Positions 32,721 to 40,923 of a DNA stretch of 64,000 nt are shown piece after piece. Location of the stretch: IMG/VR virus record IMGVR_UViG_3300012943_000386, positions 37,662 through 101,661 of that record, one strand, 5' to 3'. Source of the DNA: a virus (lineage: Duplodnaviria > Heunggongvirae > Uroviricota > Caudoviricetes). A program made the translations under genes and the position numbers. Each line of letters begins with the position of its first letter. Positions within the stretch are counted from its first letter, which is position 1. The notes under the pieces are model-generated. The model was not told the DNA's origin and did no database searches. It worked only from the letters and a program-made list of their open reading frames with translations.

Positions 32721-33785
32721 TTACTCCTTGTCTTCGTCGTCGGCTTCAACTACGATCTCAGGTTCGCCCTGATCTCTGATCGGTGTTGCCTTGGGGTGTT
32801 TGAACAGCTTTGCGCACAGCTCGTGCGTCAGGTCGCCGTCCTTGAATGCCAGCTTCTCGCCATCGACAACGCTGACCCACTTCTGCTTCTCGCCTGGCTG
32901 CGTGCCCTTGGCAATAACGCCGAGGCCCTCAAGCAGATCAACAAGCCCAGAGAATGGGCTCAGGCCACTGTTGTATGGGATCGCCAGTTCGACCTTCGTT
33001 CCAAGCTTCGCGAAGCGAGACTTGTACGTTTCGAAGCGCATGCGAACACCAACGATGTCGCCCTCTTCCTTCAACTTCAGCTTCGTGATGATGCCGATGA
33101 TTGAGGATGAGAACTTCGTGCTGTTGGTGATTGCCCACGCACCGTCGCCCATCATGATGTCCTGAGGGTAGACGTGGTCGGTTGCAACGAACGCGATCGG
33201 CAGGCGGCTGATCTGATTGACGATCAGTCGCAGCATCGCCTTGCGGCGCTTTGCGAGCTGACCTTGGTCACCCTTGATCACACCTGACGTCTCGTAGTTC
33301 TCCAGCTCCGTGGCCGAGCTAAGCATGGCCAAGCTGTCGAGAACGATGAGGGTCTTCGGCGCTTCCTTGTTGTCCTTTCCATACGCTGTCGTGTAGTTGG
33401 AGAAGAACTCAGAGAGCACCTTGTTGACGTCCTCGATCATCGCCACCTGGATGTAGGTGAGCTTCTCAGCGCTGGTGTCAACGCCGATCTTGTTGAGGTA
33501 GTCGATGTCCAGCGCGTTCTCACTGTCAAGCGCCAGAATGTGGTAGCCCATCTTCTGTGCCTGAGACATGATGTTCGCTGAGATGAAGGACTTGCCAGAT
33601 CCAGCTGGACCAGCCCAAAGGCTGATGCGGCTGAGTGGAATGCCCCTTGCGAAGTCGCCAGAGATGGCGTAGTTCAGCGCGTAGTTGCCAGTGGACAGCC
33701 ATTCGTCGGGACGCGCAATCCCGATGTTGACGGTTTGGACCTTTGACAGGTCCTTCTTGAACTTCTCAAGGAATGAGAGAGCCAT
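32721..33785 (-). CDS. uvsX: RecA-like recombinase UvsX
   Basis: WAGPAGSGKSF Walker A, LALDSE Walker B, UvsX-like organisation. Confidence 0.85.
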   Translation of the reverse strand: MALSFLEKFKKDLSKVQTVNIGIARPDEWLSTGNYALNYAISGDFARGIPLSRISLWAGPAGSGKSFISANIMSQAQKMGYHILALDSENALDIDYLNKIGVDTSAEKLTYIQVAMIEDVNKVLSEFFSNYTTAYGKDNKEAPKTLIVLDSLAMLSSATELENYETSGVIKGDQGQLAKRRKAMLRLIVNQISRLPIAFVATDHVYPQDIMMGDGAWAITNSTKFSSSIIGIITKLKLKEEGDIVGVRMRFETYKSRFAKLGTKVELAIPYNSGLSPFSGLVDLLEGLGVIAKGTQPGEKQKWVSVVDGEKLAFKDGDLTHELCAKLFKHPKATPIRDQGEPEIVVEADDEDKE

Positions 33786-33836
33786 GTGAACCTCCTAGTT
33801 GTAGGAAGTGGGGAGCCGTGAAGCTCCCCAACTTCA

Positions 33837-34757
33837 TTACTCAGCCGTCGCAGCTGCGGCAGCCTTGGCCTTTGAGCGGGCCTTCAGCTGTTCGAGCACG
33901 TTGCTGGTCTTGGAGGCAACAGCGGCAACAGCAGGGCTCGTAGCCGGAGCTGGAGCATCTTCAGTCTTCACTGTGGCTGGAGCTGCCTTTGCAGCCGCAG
34001 GAGCGGTTGCAGCTGGAGCAGCGTCGGTAGCGGCAGCAGGAGCATCACCTTCTGAGCCATCATCGTACGACTGACCGGTCTGGTCGGCGACGAGGAGGGC
34101 CTCAACCGTTGCTGCGTCCACCTTCTTGGAGCGGTAGTCGACAAGGTTGTACAGCGTGATGGCCTCGATCACTTCATCATCGAGATCAGTCTGCTTCGGG
34201 GCGAAGCTTGAGGTGTTGTACGAGGCGTACTGACCCGACTTGGTCTTCTTGATGCGGAAGTTGTAGCCACCCTTGAACTCGTATGGGGCTTCCTCGAGAT
34301 CGCCGGACTGGAACGCCGCCTGGATCTGCTTGAACACGGCAGGGCCGAATTCGATGAGCTTCACGAGAGCCTGCTGGTCATGCTCGATCGGGCTTTCAAC
34401 CACGATCACCTGGCCAATGTAGCTCTTCTTGCGGTAGTAGCGCTTGCCCATGTCTTCGTTCTTCTCGTCGTAGAACTTACGCGAGAGATTGCAGATTGGG
34501 CAGTCGTCGCCGTGCATCTTGAGGCATGGAACCTTTTTCTTCTGACCATTGACAACAAGCTCGTGCTGGAGGTTTTCCACCAGAAAGCCGAGGCTGTTTT
34601 CTTCGTCGAGGTCAGGGAGGAAGCGGACTACAGCGGTGCTGTCGTCAGGCATTTTCCAGAATGGATAAAAGAGCTTCCAGTTTTGGTCTCCGCCTGCGTT
34701 TCCCTTTTTGGCAAAGTTGGCCTTCAGGGTATCGAGACGGTTCTTTACGTTAGACAT
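33837..34757 (-). CDS. ssDNA-binding protein, T4 gp32 family
   Basis: AVVRFLPD (T4 AVIRFLP), Zn site HGDDCPIC, acidic Ala/Pro-rich C-tail. ORF track starts at TTG 34784. ATG 34755-34757 with GGAGAA RBS is preferred. Confidence 0.8.
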   Translation of the reverse strand: MSNVKNRLDTLKANFAKKGNAGGDQNWKLFYPFWKMPDDSTAVVRFLPDLDEENSLGFLVENLQHELVVNGQKKKVPCLKMHGDDCPICNLSRKFYDEKNEDMGKRYYRKKSYIGQVIVVESPIEHDQQALVKLIEFGPAVFKQIQAAFQSGDLEEAPYEFKGGYNFRIKKTKSGQYASYNTSSFAPKQTDLDDEVIEAITLYNLVDYRSKKVDAATVEALLVADQTGQSYDDGSEGDAPAAATDAAPAATAPAAAKAAPATVKTEDAPAPATSPAVAAVASKTSNVLEQLKARSKAKAAAAATAE

Positions 34758-34817
34758 GTTGTTATTCTCCAAAGTGTAAATCAAAAACGATCAAATACAA
34801 AACGTGCTTGAGGCACG
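34758..34817 (-). promoter_or_regulatory. gene-32 5' leader: short hairpin plus ~40-nt U-rich unstructured tract (candidate translational operator)
   Basis: Minus RNA from the late promoter: CGUGC-cucaa-GCACG hairpin (plus 34803-34817), then UUUUGUAUUUGAUCGUUUUUGAUUUACACUUU before GGAGAA-ATG. Confidence 0.3.
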
Positions 34818-34820
34818 CAG

Positions 34821-34829
34821 GTATTTATA
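34821..34829 (-). promoter_or_regulatory. late promoter motif TATAAATAC
   Basis: Exact T4 TATAAATA; 64 nt upstream of gp32 ATG 34757. Confidence 0.45.
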
Positions 34830-34957
34830 CGCGACGCAACCAAAAACCACTTTGGTTGGCGTGTGTTCAGCGGGAGGTTGGAATGAGGAGCCTTTGGCTC
34901 TCTTATTTTCAGCGTGTAGCCAATACTAAATTGGCTGAGCAGTTATGTAAACTTCAA

Positions 34958-35212
34958 TCAGTCTGGTGGTCGCCGTTTGTACCACGTGTAAGGTTGACCA
35001 TTTGGCAGCTTGCCGTCTTTCACAATGTCGCCGGGCTGATTGTGATGGCTCGTGCTCGTGATGAACATTTTGCCCTCATCACGGAGCTTTGCGCAGAACG
35101 CGAGGAGCTTGCTTAACTGACCTTCACCTTCTGGAAACTGTTCGACGCATGGAACCAGCGCCTCACCTTCAAGCTCACACCAGTAGACAATCATTCCTTC
35201 ACGGTTCATTCG
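34958..35212 (-). CDS. hypothetical protein
   Basis: ORF track 34958..35323 trimmed to MNREGMIVYW. The upstream part is R/S/T low-complexity. Confidence 0.35.
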   Translation of the reverse strand, partial: RMNREGMIVYWCELEGEALVPCVEQFPEGEGQLSKLLAFCAKLRDEGKMFITSTSHHNQPGDIVKDGKLPNGQPYTWYKRRPPD

Positions 35213-35495
35213 GTAGTTCCGGCAACACGACCCCGAACTCGATGACCTTCTGCATCTCGCCCTTGTCGTCCTTGAAATAGTAGTTGTCGTAGATGTTGCG
35301 TAGCAGGTTGTTGCGGTGCACATTTACGCCGAGCAGGCAGTAGTGCATCTCAACGATGTGCTTGCCAACCTTGAACAGCTGGCACTTCTCGCATTCCTTC
35401 TTGTTGCAGCGGCACCCGCCGTTCAACTTCGTGAGGAGCTCCAGCGTCGGCTTGGTATCTTCAAGCAGCTTGACAGTGTCATTCACGGTGCTCAT
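35199..35495 (-). CDS. hypothetical Cys-rich protein
   Basis: ORF track 35199..35684 trimmed to MSTVNDTV. CRCNKKECEKC. Confidence 0.4.
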   Translation of the reverse strand: MSTVNDTVKLLEDTKPTLELLTKLNGGCRCNKKECEKCQLFKVGKHIVEMHYCLLGVNVHRNNLLRNIYDNYYFKDDKGEMQKVIEFGVVLPELPNEP

Positions 35496-35706
35496 GATAC
35501 TCCTCAATGTGCGGCGCATCTCTGCAAACGTGGCACTTCGTGCAGCGCTCACCGTCGTAGTAGGTCTGCGTTCCAGGACCAATGGTGATCCACCCGCTGC
35601 CCTTGACCCAATCATGGTCACAGGCATCCGCATGGGCGCGATAGATGTAGATCGCAATCGCAGCGAGGATGAGAAGAATACCAATGAAGGTGAACGTGTT
35701 CAGCAT
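35479..35706 (-). CDS. small membrane-anchored Cys/His-rich protein
   Basis: N-terminal TM FIGILLILAAIAIYIY, then CDHD...CTKCHVC. Confidence 0.4.
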   Translation of the reverse strand: MLNTFTFIGILLILAAIAIYIYRAHADACDHDWVKGSGWITIGPGTQTYYDGERCTKCHVCRDAPHIEEYHEHRE

Positions 35707-36266
35707 GGTCCGGCCATCCCTTCAACAGCCACGACTGGCTGGTCAGTGTCCACAAACATGACGCTGTCGACCTCTGCTCCAAGGAGCAGGCCTTGCTGGC
35801 TCATGTACATATTGCGCACGACGCCATCCGGCACGCTCTTGTCGCCGCGCGTCTTCTGGCGGTCAAGCACGGTCTGCAGCTTGCACATCACCTCAACGCC
35901 GATAACGTAGAACCCCTTCTGCCGCGCCTCCTGTATCCAGCGAGCACGACCCTTCTTGGTGAAGTTCGTGTTGTCAACGAACAGATTGTCGGTCTCGAGC
36001 GCCTTTGACCAGGCCTCAGCAATGAAGACGTTGAACTCCTTCTCGTGGTTCTTGGCGTACTCGAAGGTCGCGTTGTACATGTCTGCGTCGGTATCATTGT
36101 CCGACCACCACTGGCCCGGGTGTTGCGCACACATAAACTTGTAGCGGCACGTGTCCAGCGAGAAAACGTTGTAGCTCTCGATCCGGAAAAGATCGATCAG
36201 CGTCTTGCGCACAGTCGTCTTTCCGGCACCAGAAGGTCCAACCATTAGGTAGCACTTCTTCATCAA
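35700..36266 (-). CDS. P-loop kinase, polynucleotide 5'-kinase (T4 Pnk N-domain)-like
   Basis: Walker A MVGPSGAGKTT. KLQTVLDRQKTRGDKSVPDGVVRNMYMS parallels T4 Pnk [25 protein letters not shown]. No phosphatase domain. Confidence 0.65.
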   Translation of the reverse strand: MMKKCYLMVGPSGAGKTTVRKTLIDLFRIESYNVFSLDTCRYKFMCAQHPGQWWSDNDTDADMYNATFEYAKNHEKEFNVFIAEAWSKALETDNLFVDNTNFTKKGRARWIQEARQKGFYVIGVEVMCKLQTVLDRQKTRGDKSVPDGVVRNMYMSQQGLLLGAEVDSVMFVDTDQPVVAVEGMAGPC

Positions 36267-36577
36267 CGCACCTCGATAGTAGTAATGCCGTTGTCTTTTC
36301 GCAACTCAGCACTGTGCTGTTGTGAAGCGTCAACACATTTGAACTGAATTTGCGCGCGCGGGTCTGGTGTTCGTGTTGAGTTAATGGACATTACTTCAAT
36401 AACTTTACCATGAGATTGACAAAACTGCCCAGCTTTTTCAAGGGCTGGCACTTCAGGTGCAGACCATGGTACACCGTGTGTAGACAACAAATAAGTATCG
36501 CGGCCAGTAGATACTGGGTGCGATACTGTTGTACAGCCAGAAATGAGGGCGACTACAAAAACGAATGTCTTCTTCAT
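36263..36577 (-). CDS. lipoprotein
   Basis: MKKTFVFVVALISGCTT lipobox signal peptide. Confidence 0.5.
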   Translation of the reverse strand: MKKTFVFVVALISGCTTVSHPVSTGRDTYLLSTHGVPWSAPEVPALEKAGQFCQSHGKVIEVMSINSTRTPDPRAQIQFKCVDASQQHSAELRKDNGITTIEVR

Positions 36578-37176
36578 ACAGCCTCCCAAGCGATCATCCA
36601 CTCAGCCACGTCAGCGAGCTTCTTGGGCTGATCGTCCGATGTGCGGCCATGCTGGTCGCTGTTGAGCAGGTCCAACCATGCCTGGTGTCCTGCCGGACCC
36701 ATGCGGTTGATGAACGCGTCCTTCAGGGCCTTGCGCTTCTGCTTGTCCTTCAGCGCGAACGGCACGTGGTGCTCAAGCATCAGCGCAACGTTTGAGATGT
36801 CAGCGAGTGAGAAGCCGGTCAGCTCAGTAACGAGTGCTCGGTTCGTCAGCGCGTAGTCCACCCACATGCGAGCTGAAACCTGCTCATGGCCATGGTAGGC
36901 GCGGTAGTTGCCGCGTTCCTCGGAGAACTTGAGGATCTCTGCTGGCGGCTTGCCGACATCGTGAAACAGGCAGCTGACCAGCGAGAGCATGCGCTGCGTC
37001 TCTGAGCGGTGCTCGTAGAAGTTTGCCATGTAGTAGTCAAGCAGCATCTGCGTATGAACGGCAACATTTGCCTCGCGATGCCATGGCGAATTCTCGACCG
37101 TACGCACCATCGCGGCCCACTCAGGCGTCTGCTTGAATGCCGCGTGGAGAGCTGTGAATTGTGCGTAGGCGCTCAT
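36574..37176 (-). CDS. HD-domain phosphohydrolase
   Basis: H...HD motif (VAVHTQM ... SCLFHDVGKP), 200 aa. Confidence 0.7.
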   Translation of the reverse strand: MSAYAQFTALHAAFKQTPEWAAMVRTVENSPWHREANVAVHTQMLLDYYMANFYEHRSETQRMLSLVSCLFHDVGKPPAEILKFSEERGNYRAYHGHEQVSARMWVDYALTNRALVTELTGFSLADISNVALMLEHHVPFALKDKQKRKALKDAFINRMGPAGHQAWLDLLNSDQHGRTSDDQPKKLADVAEWMIAWEAV

Positions 37177-37577
37177 GCTGATTTCCCGAGCAGTTGCTGT
37201 AGCTTGATGACCTGGCGCTGCTTCGCTGCCTTCTTGCGCGCCGCCAACTGACGAGCCTTCTTGAGACGAGCCTTCTTCTCGACTGCGTTCTCAGGACGCG
37301 TGATACTGAGGACAAGCGTATCAAGACCTTCGTAGTCTGGGCCGTCGAAGGAAATGGTAGCCGCACCACCGTACTTTTCCTTCCACACTCGCACGGCTGG
37401 CTCGAACGCTTCAAGGGCCTGGCCGCCAAGGTCGCTAAGATCGATCCGCTCGACCTCTTCAACCACAAGGTGAATTTTTTTGCTCATGTTAGTCTGGTAT
37501 GAACTTCGAAATAGTGAGGTAGGGAACTCCATGGCCATCAGTGTAAGCGTCGATCTCGTAGACGTTTCCGCTGTCAT
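37173..37577 (-). CDS. hypothetical basic protein (134 aa)
   Basis: ORF track. Confidence 0.4.
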   Translation of the reverse strand: MTAETSTRSTLTLMAMEFPTSLFRSSYQTNMSKKIHLVVEEVERIDLSDLGGQALEAFEPAVRVWKEKYGGAATISFDGPDYEGLDTLVLSITRPENAVEKKARLKKARQLAARKKAAKQRQVIKLQQLLGKSA

Positions 37578-37686
37578 CCTCGATGACCAGCTGGTTCACA
37601 GCTGACGCGTCAATCGACTTGATCTTCCGACCCTTGAGCACCTTGAAGGCGTCTTCGCGGGCGGACTTCTTTCGCTTCTTGGCCAT
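37489..37686 (-). CDS. hypothetical protein (65 aa)
   Basis: ORF track. Confidence 0.3.
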   Translation of the reverse strand: MAKKRKKSAREDAFKVLKGRKIKSIDASAVNQLVIEDDSGNVYEIDAYTDGHGVPYLTISKFIPD

Positions 37687-37739
37687 CTCTTCTCCTGTTT
37701 CAGGAAGAGATTATATCATGATTGCACGTCGAATGAAAC

Positions 37740-37889
37740 TTACTCAGCGTCCATCACCGAATACCAGCCGCGCTCCCATTCGGTGGCCTGCTTGTCGGTA
37801 TAGTTGGCTGGAATATCATCGAGACTTTCGCCGCGCTTCGCGGCAGAAGACCCAGCCCTGAAAGCGTCTGCTTGCTGCCGCTTGTCCAT
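37740..37889 (-). CDS. hypothetical small protein (49 aa)
   Basis: Distal part of ORF 37740..38123 from Met MDKRQQ, which overlaps the upstream stop. The upstream portion of that ORF is an overlap artifact. Confidence 0.3.
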   Translation of the reverse strand: MDKRQQADAFRAGSSAAKRGESLDDIPANYTDKQATEWERGWYSVMDAE

Positions 37890-38263
37890 CAGTCGATCCT
37901 CGATACGGCGGTGGCGTTGATGCCGTAGCGCTGAAGGGTCTGCGCGAAAGCCAGGGCGCCGATGTACTTGGCGTCCATCCACTGGGTCATGTTGTCGCTC
38001 GGATTGTAGACGCACCACCCACCGTAGGTGCCAATGTGCCCGATTTTGTTTACCTTCAGGAAAGCGACGAAGGGGCCACGAGCTGGCTTGATGTCCACCC
38101 AGGCGAAGCCGCATGGGTACCACTGATCAGGGTTTTCATCGATGTGCCGCTGGCATGCCACCATCGCATTCGAGTGGGCCTCGCGATAGATCAGTTCGAT
38201 CGCCTTGATCTGTTCATCTTTCGACGGCATCGTCTGTTCCTCAGAATGAAGGATTGCGTTCAT
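37889..38263 (-). CDS. hypothetical protein (124 aa)
   Basis: ORF track. Confidence 0.45.
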   Translation of the reverse strand: MNAILHSEEQTMPSKDEQIKAIELIYREAHSNAMVACQRHIDENPDQWYPCGFAWVDIKPARGPFVAFLKVNKIGHIGTYGGWCVYNPSDNMTQWMDAKYIGALAFAQTLQRYGINATAVSRID

Positions 38264-38708
38264 TGATGTGACCAGCGCAGAGCGACCAGGTGCCGCCTGC
38301 CATCACCCAGCGCGACGTCTCTTTGCGGCGCAGGTACTTGTGGCCGCCTGAAGTCGTGATCTGGTGGGTCTTCGTGATCTTGACGATCTCGCCGTCAGGG
38401 TAGTAGTCGCCATTGAAGCCGTACGATACCTTGTCGCCGACCTTCCAGGGCTCGATGATGGAGAAGCGAGGCGAGACGTTCTCGCTCTCGTCGACGGCCA
38501 GGAACTTCTGCTTGGTCGTAGCTTCCAGCAGCCGCGCGATCTTCTTCACCTGCGCGAAGGACTTCCAATCGCTGCGTGACTGCCACTCGTCACCTACGAC
38601 GGTGTAGCGGTGTTCGACACCCTCGTGTACATAGACAACCGGCTTTTCCTTCGGCGGATCGTACGAGACGGCCACCGGGATTTCACCATGGAATTTCACG
38701 TAGAGCAT
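38241..38708 (-). CDS. hypothetical protein (155 aa)
   Basis: ATG 38706-38708. Confidence 0.5.
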   Translation of the reverse strand: MLYVKFHGEIPVAVSYDPPKEKPVVYVHEGVEHRYTVVGDEWQSRSDWKSFAQVKKIARLLEATTKQKFLAVDESENVSPRFSIIEPWKVGDKVSYGFNGDYYPDGEIVKITKTHQITTSGGHKYLRRKETSRWVMAGGTWSLCAGHINERNPSF

Positions 38709-38824
38709 GTTGACCTCGTTTGCTTGTCACGCAGATCGCGAACACGCTTGGAACCATTTCGACCAGCCTTCTTGTAAGACCGGCCCTTCCAGGCTTTGCG
38801 TTCGGGGTTGTGCTTCGTAGTCAT
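38696..38824 (-). CDS. hypothetical very basic small protein (42 aa)
   Basis: MTTKHNPERKAWKGRSYKKAGRNGSKRVRDLRDKQTRSTCST. ATG at 38822-38824 sits ~7 nt downstream of a TTGTAC-N18-TAGAAT promoter, so the transcript would be leaderless. Confidence 0.25.
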   Translation of the reverse strand: MTTKHNPERKAWKGRSYKKAGRNGSKRVRDLRDKQTRSTCST

Positions 38825-38830
38825 GGGCGC

Positions 38831-38880
38831 ATTCTAACCTGCGTCCTAGAAGAAGTACAATCCTACATTATGTTAACTGG
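38831..38880 (-). promoter_or_regulatory. early promoter TTGTAC-N18-TAGAAT with upstream CCAGTTAACATAA element
   Basis: Minus -35 TTGTAC (plus 38855-38860), -10 TAGAAT (plus 38831-38836), upstream element plus 38868-38880. ATG of the 42-aa ORF lies 7 nt past the -10. Confidence 0.4.
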
Positions 38881-39284
38881 TCATCGTACCGGCGGATCAG
38901 TACAGCCTGCTCTTTTAGAGCCTGGATCTCCCATGGTCGCTGGCTGAATGGGATCTTCGCAAACTCGTATCGCTTACCTCTCCATAAAACTGCACGAGCG
39001 CTTTGCTTGAGAAGCCCTCTCGCGAACTGCTTCACGTGAACAAACTCATGAGTGATGGTGGTGCCAAGCTCTGATGGTGGGATCTTGATGAGGTTGAGCA
39101 TGACGAAGATGTGATCCTTCTTCGTCTGAGCGGTGCAGGCAAACACCTTTGATCGCTTCGGTGCCGCGAACACAACAACGTTGTAGCGGCTGTTCGTCAG
39201 GCCAAGCTGCTCAACGCAGAACTCGCTGACCGACTTGATGTACCGCGCGCGGTAGTCTTTACCGCAGGCGACCGTAAGCTTCAT
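38868..39284 (-). CDS. putative zinc metallopeptidase (HExxH)
   Basis: ITHEFVHVKQ HExxH motif; 138 aa. Confidence 0.45.
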   Translation of the reverse strand: MKLTVACGKDYRARYIKSVSEFCVEQLGLTNSRYNVVVFAAPKRSKVFACTAQTKKDHIFVMLNLIKIPPSELGTTITHEFVHVKQFARGLLKQSARAVLWRGKRYEFAKIPFSQRPWEIQALKEQAVLIRRYDDQLT

Positions 39285-39287
39285 CCC

Positions 39288-39467
39288 TCAACCCTCAACC
39301 CACACAAGTGAAAGCTTGAACTTTCCCTTTGGAATTCCGAACTCGTCACATGGAACTTCAGCGGCGGCACCATTGTAGTGTGGATCGAGAGCCTCCATAA
39401 GGTCTCGTTCCATATCAACGATGGCCTCACCGTCGTAATCATATTCAAGAAGCGTGATAGTTTTCAT
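39288..39467 (-). CDS. hypothetical small protein (59 aa)
   Basis: ATG 39465-39467 with GAGGGA RBS directly after an intrinsic terminator. MKTITLLEYDYDGEAIVDMERDLMEALDPHYNGAAAEVPCDEFGIPKGKFKLSLVWVEG. Below ORF-track cutoff. Confidence 0.4.
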   Translation of the reverse strand: MKTITLLEYDYDGEAIVDMERDLMEALDPHYNGAAAEVPCDEFGIPKGKFKLSLVWVEG

Positions 39468-39481
39468 TGTTCTTATCCCTC

Positions 39482-39509
39482 AAAAGGAGGGGCCCTTTCG
39501 AGCCCCTCC
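39482..39509 (-). terminator. rho-independent terminator downstream of the SPFH gene
   Basis: Minus RNA: GGAGGGGC-ucgaaagg-GCCCCUCC (8-bp GC stem; plus 39486-39509) followed by UUUU (plus aaaa 39482-39485). SPFH stop at 39526. Confidence 0.55.
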
Positions 39510-39525
39510 AGCCGTTGTCAACCAC

Positions 39526-40905
39526 TTACGCGGTTGGTGTGTTTTCCTTTCCACTCGTGGCCTTACCGACCGCGACGAGCTTGTCAAAGATCGCAGCGCC
39601 AGCAGGGGTCTGCTTGAGGGCCTCGATCATTCCACCAATGTTGGTGCCACCCTTCGTGGTAAAGAGGTCCATGAGGCTCTTCACACCGCCGCTGACGTCG
39701 CCTGAATTTGCGATGACCTTGAGGTCGCCCTTGGCAAGAGCTTCTGCCTGCGCGATACCGACGGCCTGGTCCTTCTCGACGGTCTTGACACCAATGAGGT
39801 ACTTCTGGTAGCCATCGTTCGAACCGATCTCCTTGGCGAGCGAGATCTGCGTGTCGACTGGGGCCTGCATGATGGCGCGCTCAGCCGCACCGCGTGCAAT
39901 ACCTTCAGCCTCGATACCCTGGGCGTTGAGCTTGGCCTTCTCGAGATCGCCCTGAGCGATTGTGATGGCAGACTTCTTGTGACCTTCGGCCTCGATGACC
40001 TTGGTCTGAGCTTCCTGCTCGGCGACGACGATGCTGACGTCCTTGTTGATTTCGGCCTGGCGAACTTCGTTCACCTTCTTGACGGCCATGTCCTTCTCAG
40101 CTGTGGTCGCCTCTTCAGACGCGATCTGCTGCAGCGACTTCTGCGCTGCGATACCGACCTGCTGCTCCTTCTCGGCAGTACGGATACCGACCTGCTGCTG
40201 AGCTTCCTGATCGCGAAGCTGAACGGTCTGCTTAGCGGCAATTTCTGCCAGCTCAGCTTCACGCTTGTTGTTCGCCACCTGAACGCGCGACTGCATTTCG
40301 ATTTCCGACTTCTTCTTCTCCATGATCTGCTTGATCACCTGAGAGTTGCCGCTGTCGTTGATGTTCATGAACTCGATGTTCTTGACTGTCGTAACACCCC
40401 AATTCTTGAGGTTGTTGTTCACTTCCTGCGTGAACGCTTCACCAAACTCGCTGCGGCCCTCGAGGATCTGCTCGATCTCAGACTTGGCGAGAATTGAACG
40501 GCAAGCGCCCTGCAGAATACCAACGAGCTGAGCGTTCAGCTGCTGGAAGTCGCTGATGCGCTGGGCGGCCAGAACCGCATCTTCAATGCGGAAGAACGCC
40601 ATCACGTCAACAACGAATGGCAGACGACCCTTGTCGTACGCTTCGTAGTCCTTCAGGGTCACCTGAAAGTTGGAGACAGGCAGCTTGATTGAGGTCACGC
40701 CGAGAACCGGCAGCCATGACGGCCATGAATAGTACACGTTGCCTGACTGTTGGTCCTTACCGTAAACGGTGGACTTCTTCTTTGACTGCACGATGTGCAC
40801 GTCATTCGTCGAAACGACGGTACGGAAGCTGATCGCAACGATCAGCGTGATGATCACGAGGGCAGCAATGCCCGCGGTAATCATCCAAACTGGAATACCA
40901 AACAT
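39526..40905 (-). CDS. SPFH/Band-7 (flotillin/YqiK-like) membrane protein
   Basis: N-terminal TM, PHB/SPFH domain, then long Ala/Glu-rich coiled coil with AEAEG-type repeats. Confidence 0.75.
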   Translation of the reverse strand: MFGIPVWMITAGIAALVIITLIVAISFRTVVSTNDVHIVQSKKKSTVYGKDQQSGNVYYSWPSWLPVLGVTSIKLPVSNFQVTLKDYEAYDKGRLPFVVDVMAFFRIEDAVLAAQRISDFQQLNAQLVGILQGACRSILAKSEIEQILEGRSEFGEAFTQEVNNNLKNWGVTTVKNIEFMNINDSGNSQVIKQIMEKKKSEIEMQSRVQVANNKREAELAEIAAKQTVQLRDQEAQQQVGIRTAEKEQQVGIAAQKSLQQIASEEATTAEKDMAVKKVNEVRQAEINKDVSIVVAEQEAQTKVIEAEGHKKSAITIAQGDLEKAKLNAQGIEAEGIARGAAERAIMQAPVDTQISLAKEIGSNDGYQKYLIGVKTVEKDQAVGIAQAEALAKGDLKVIANSGDVSGGVKSLMDLFTTKGGTNIGGMIEALKQTPAGAAIFDKLVAVGKATSGKENTPTA

Positions 40906-40923
40906 CTTTTTCTCCTTACAAAG

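Noticed and set aside
37740-38123. Full 127-aa ORF MVPMRLRLGGHQ...
   Set aside because: Its upstream two thirds overlap the well-formed 124-aa gene 37889..38263 in another frame and are R/H/P-rich. Only the distal 49 codons from MDKRQQ were kept.
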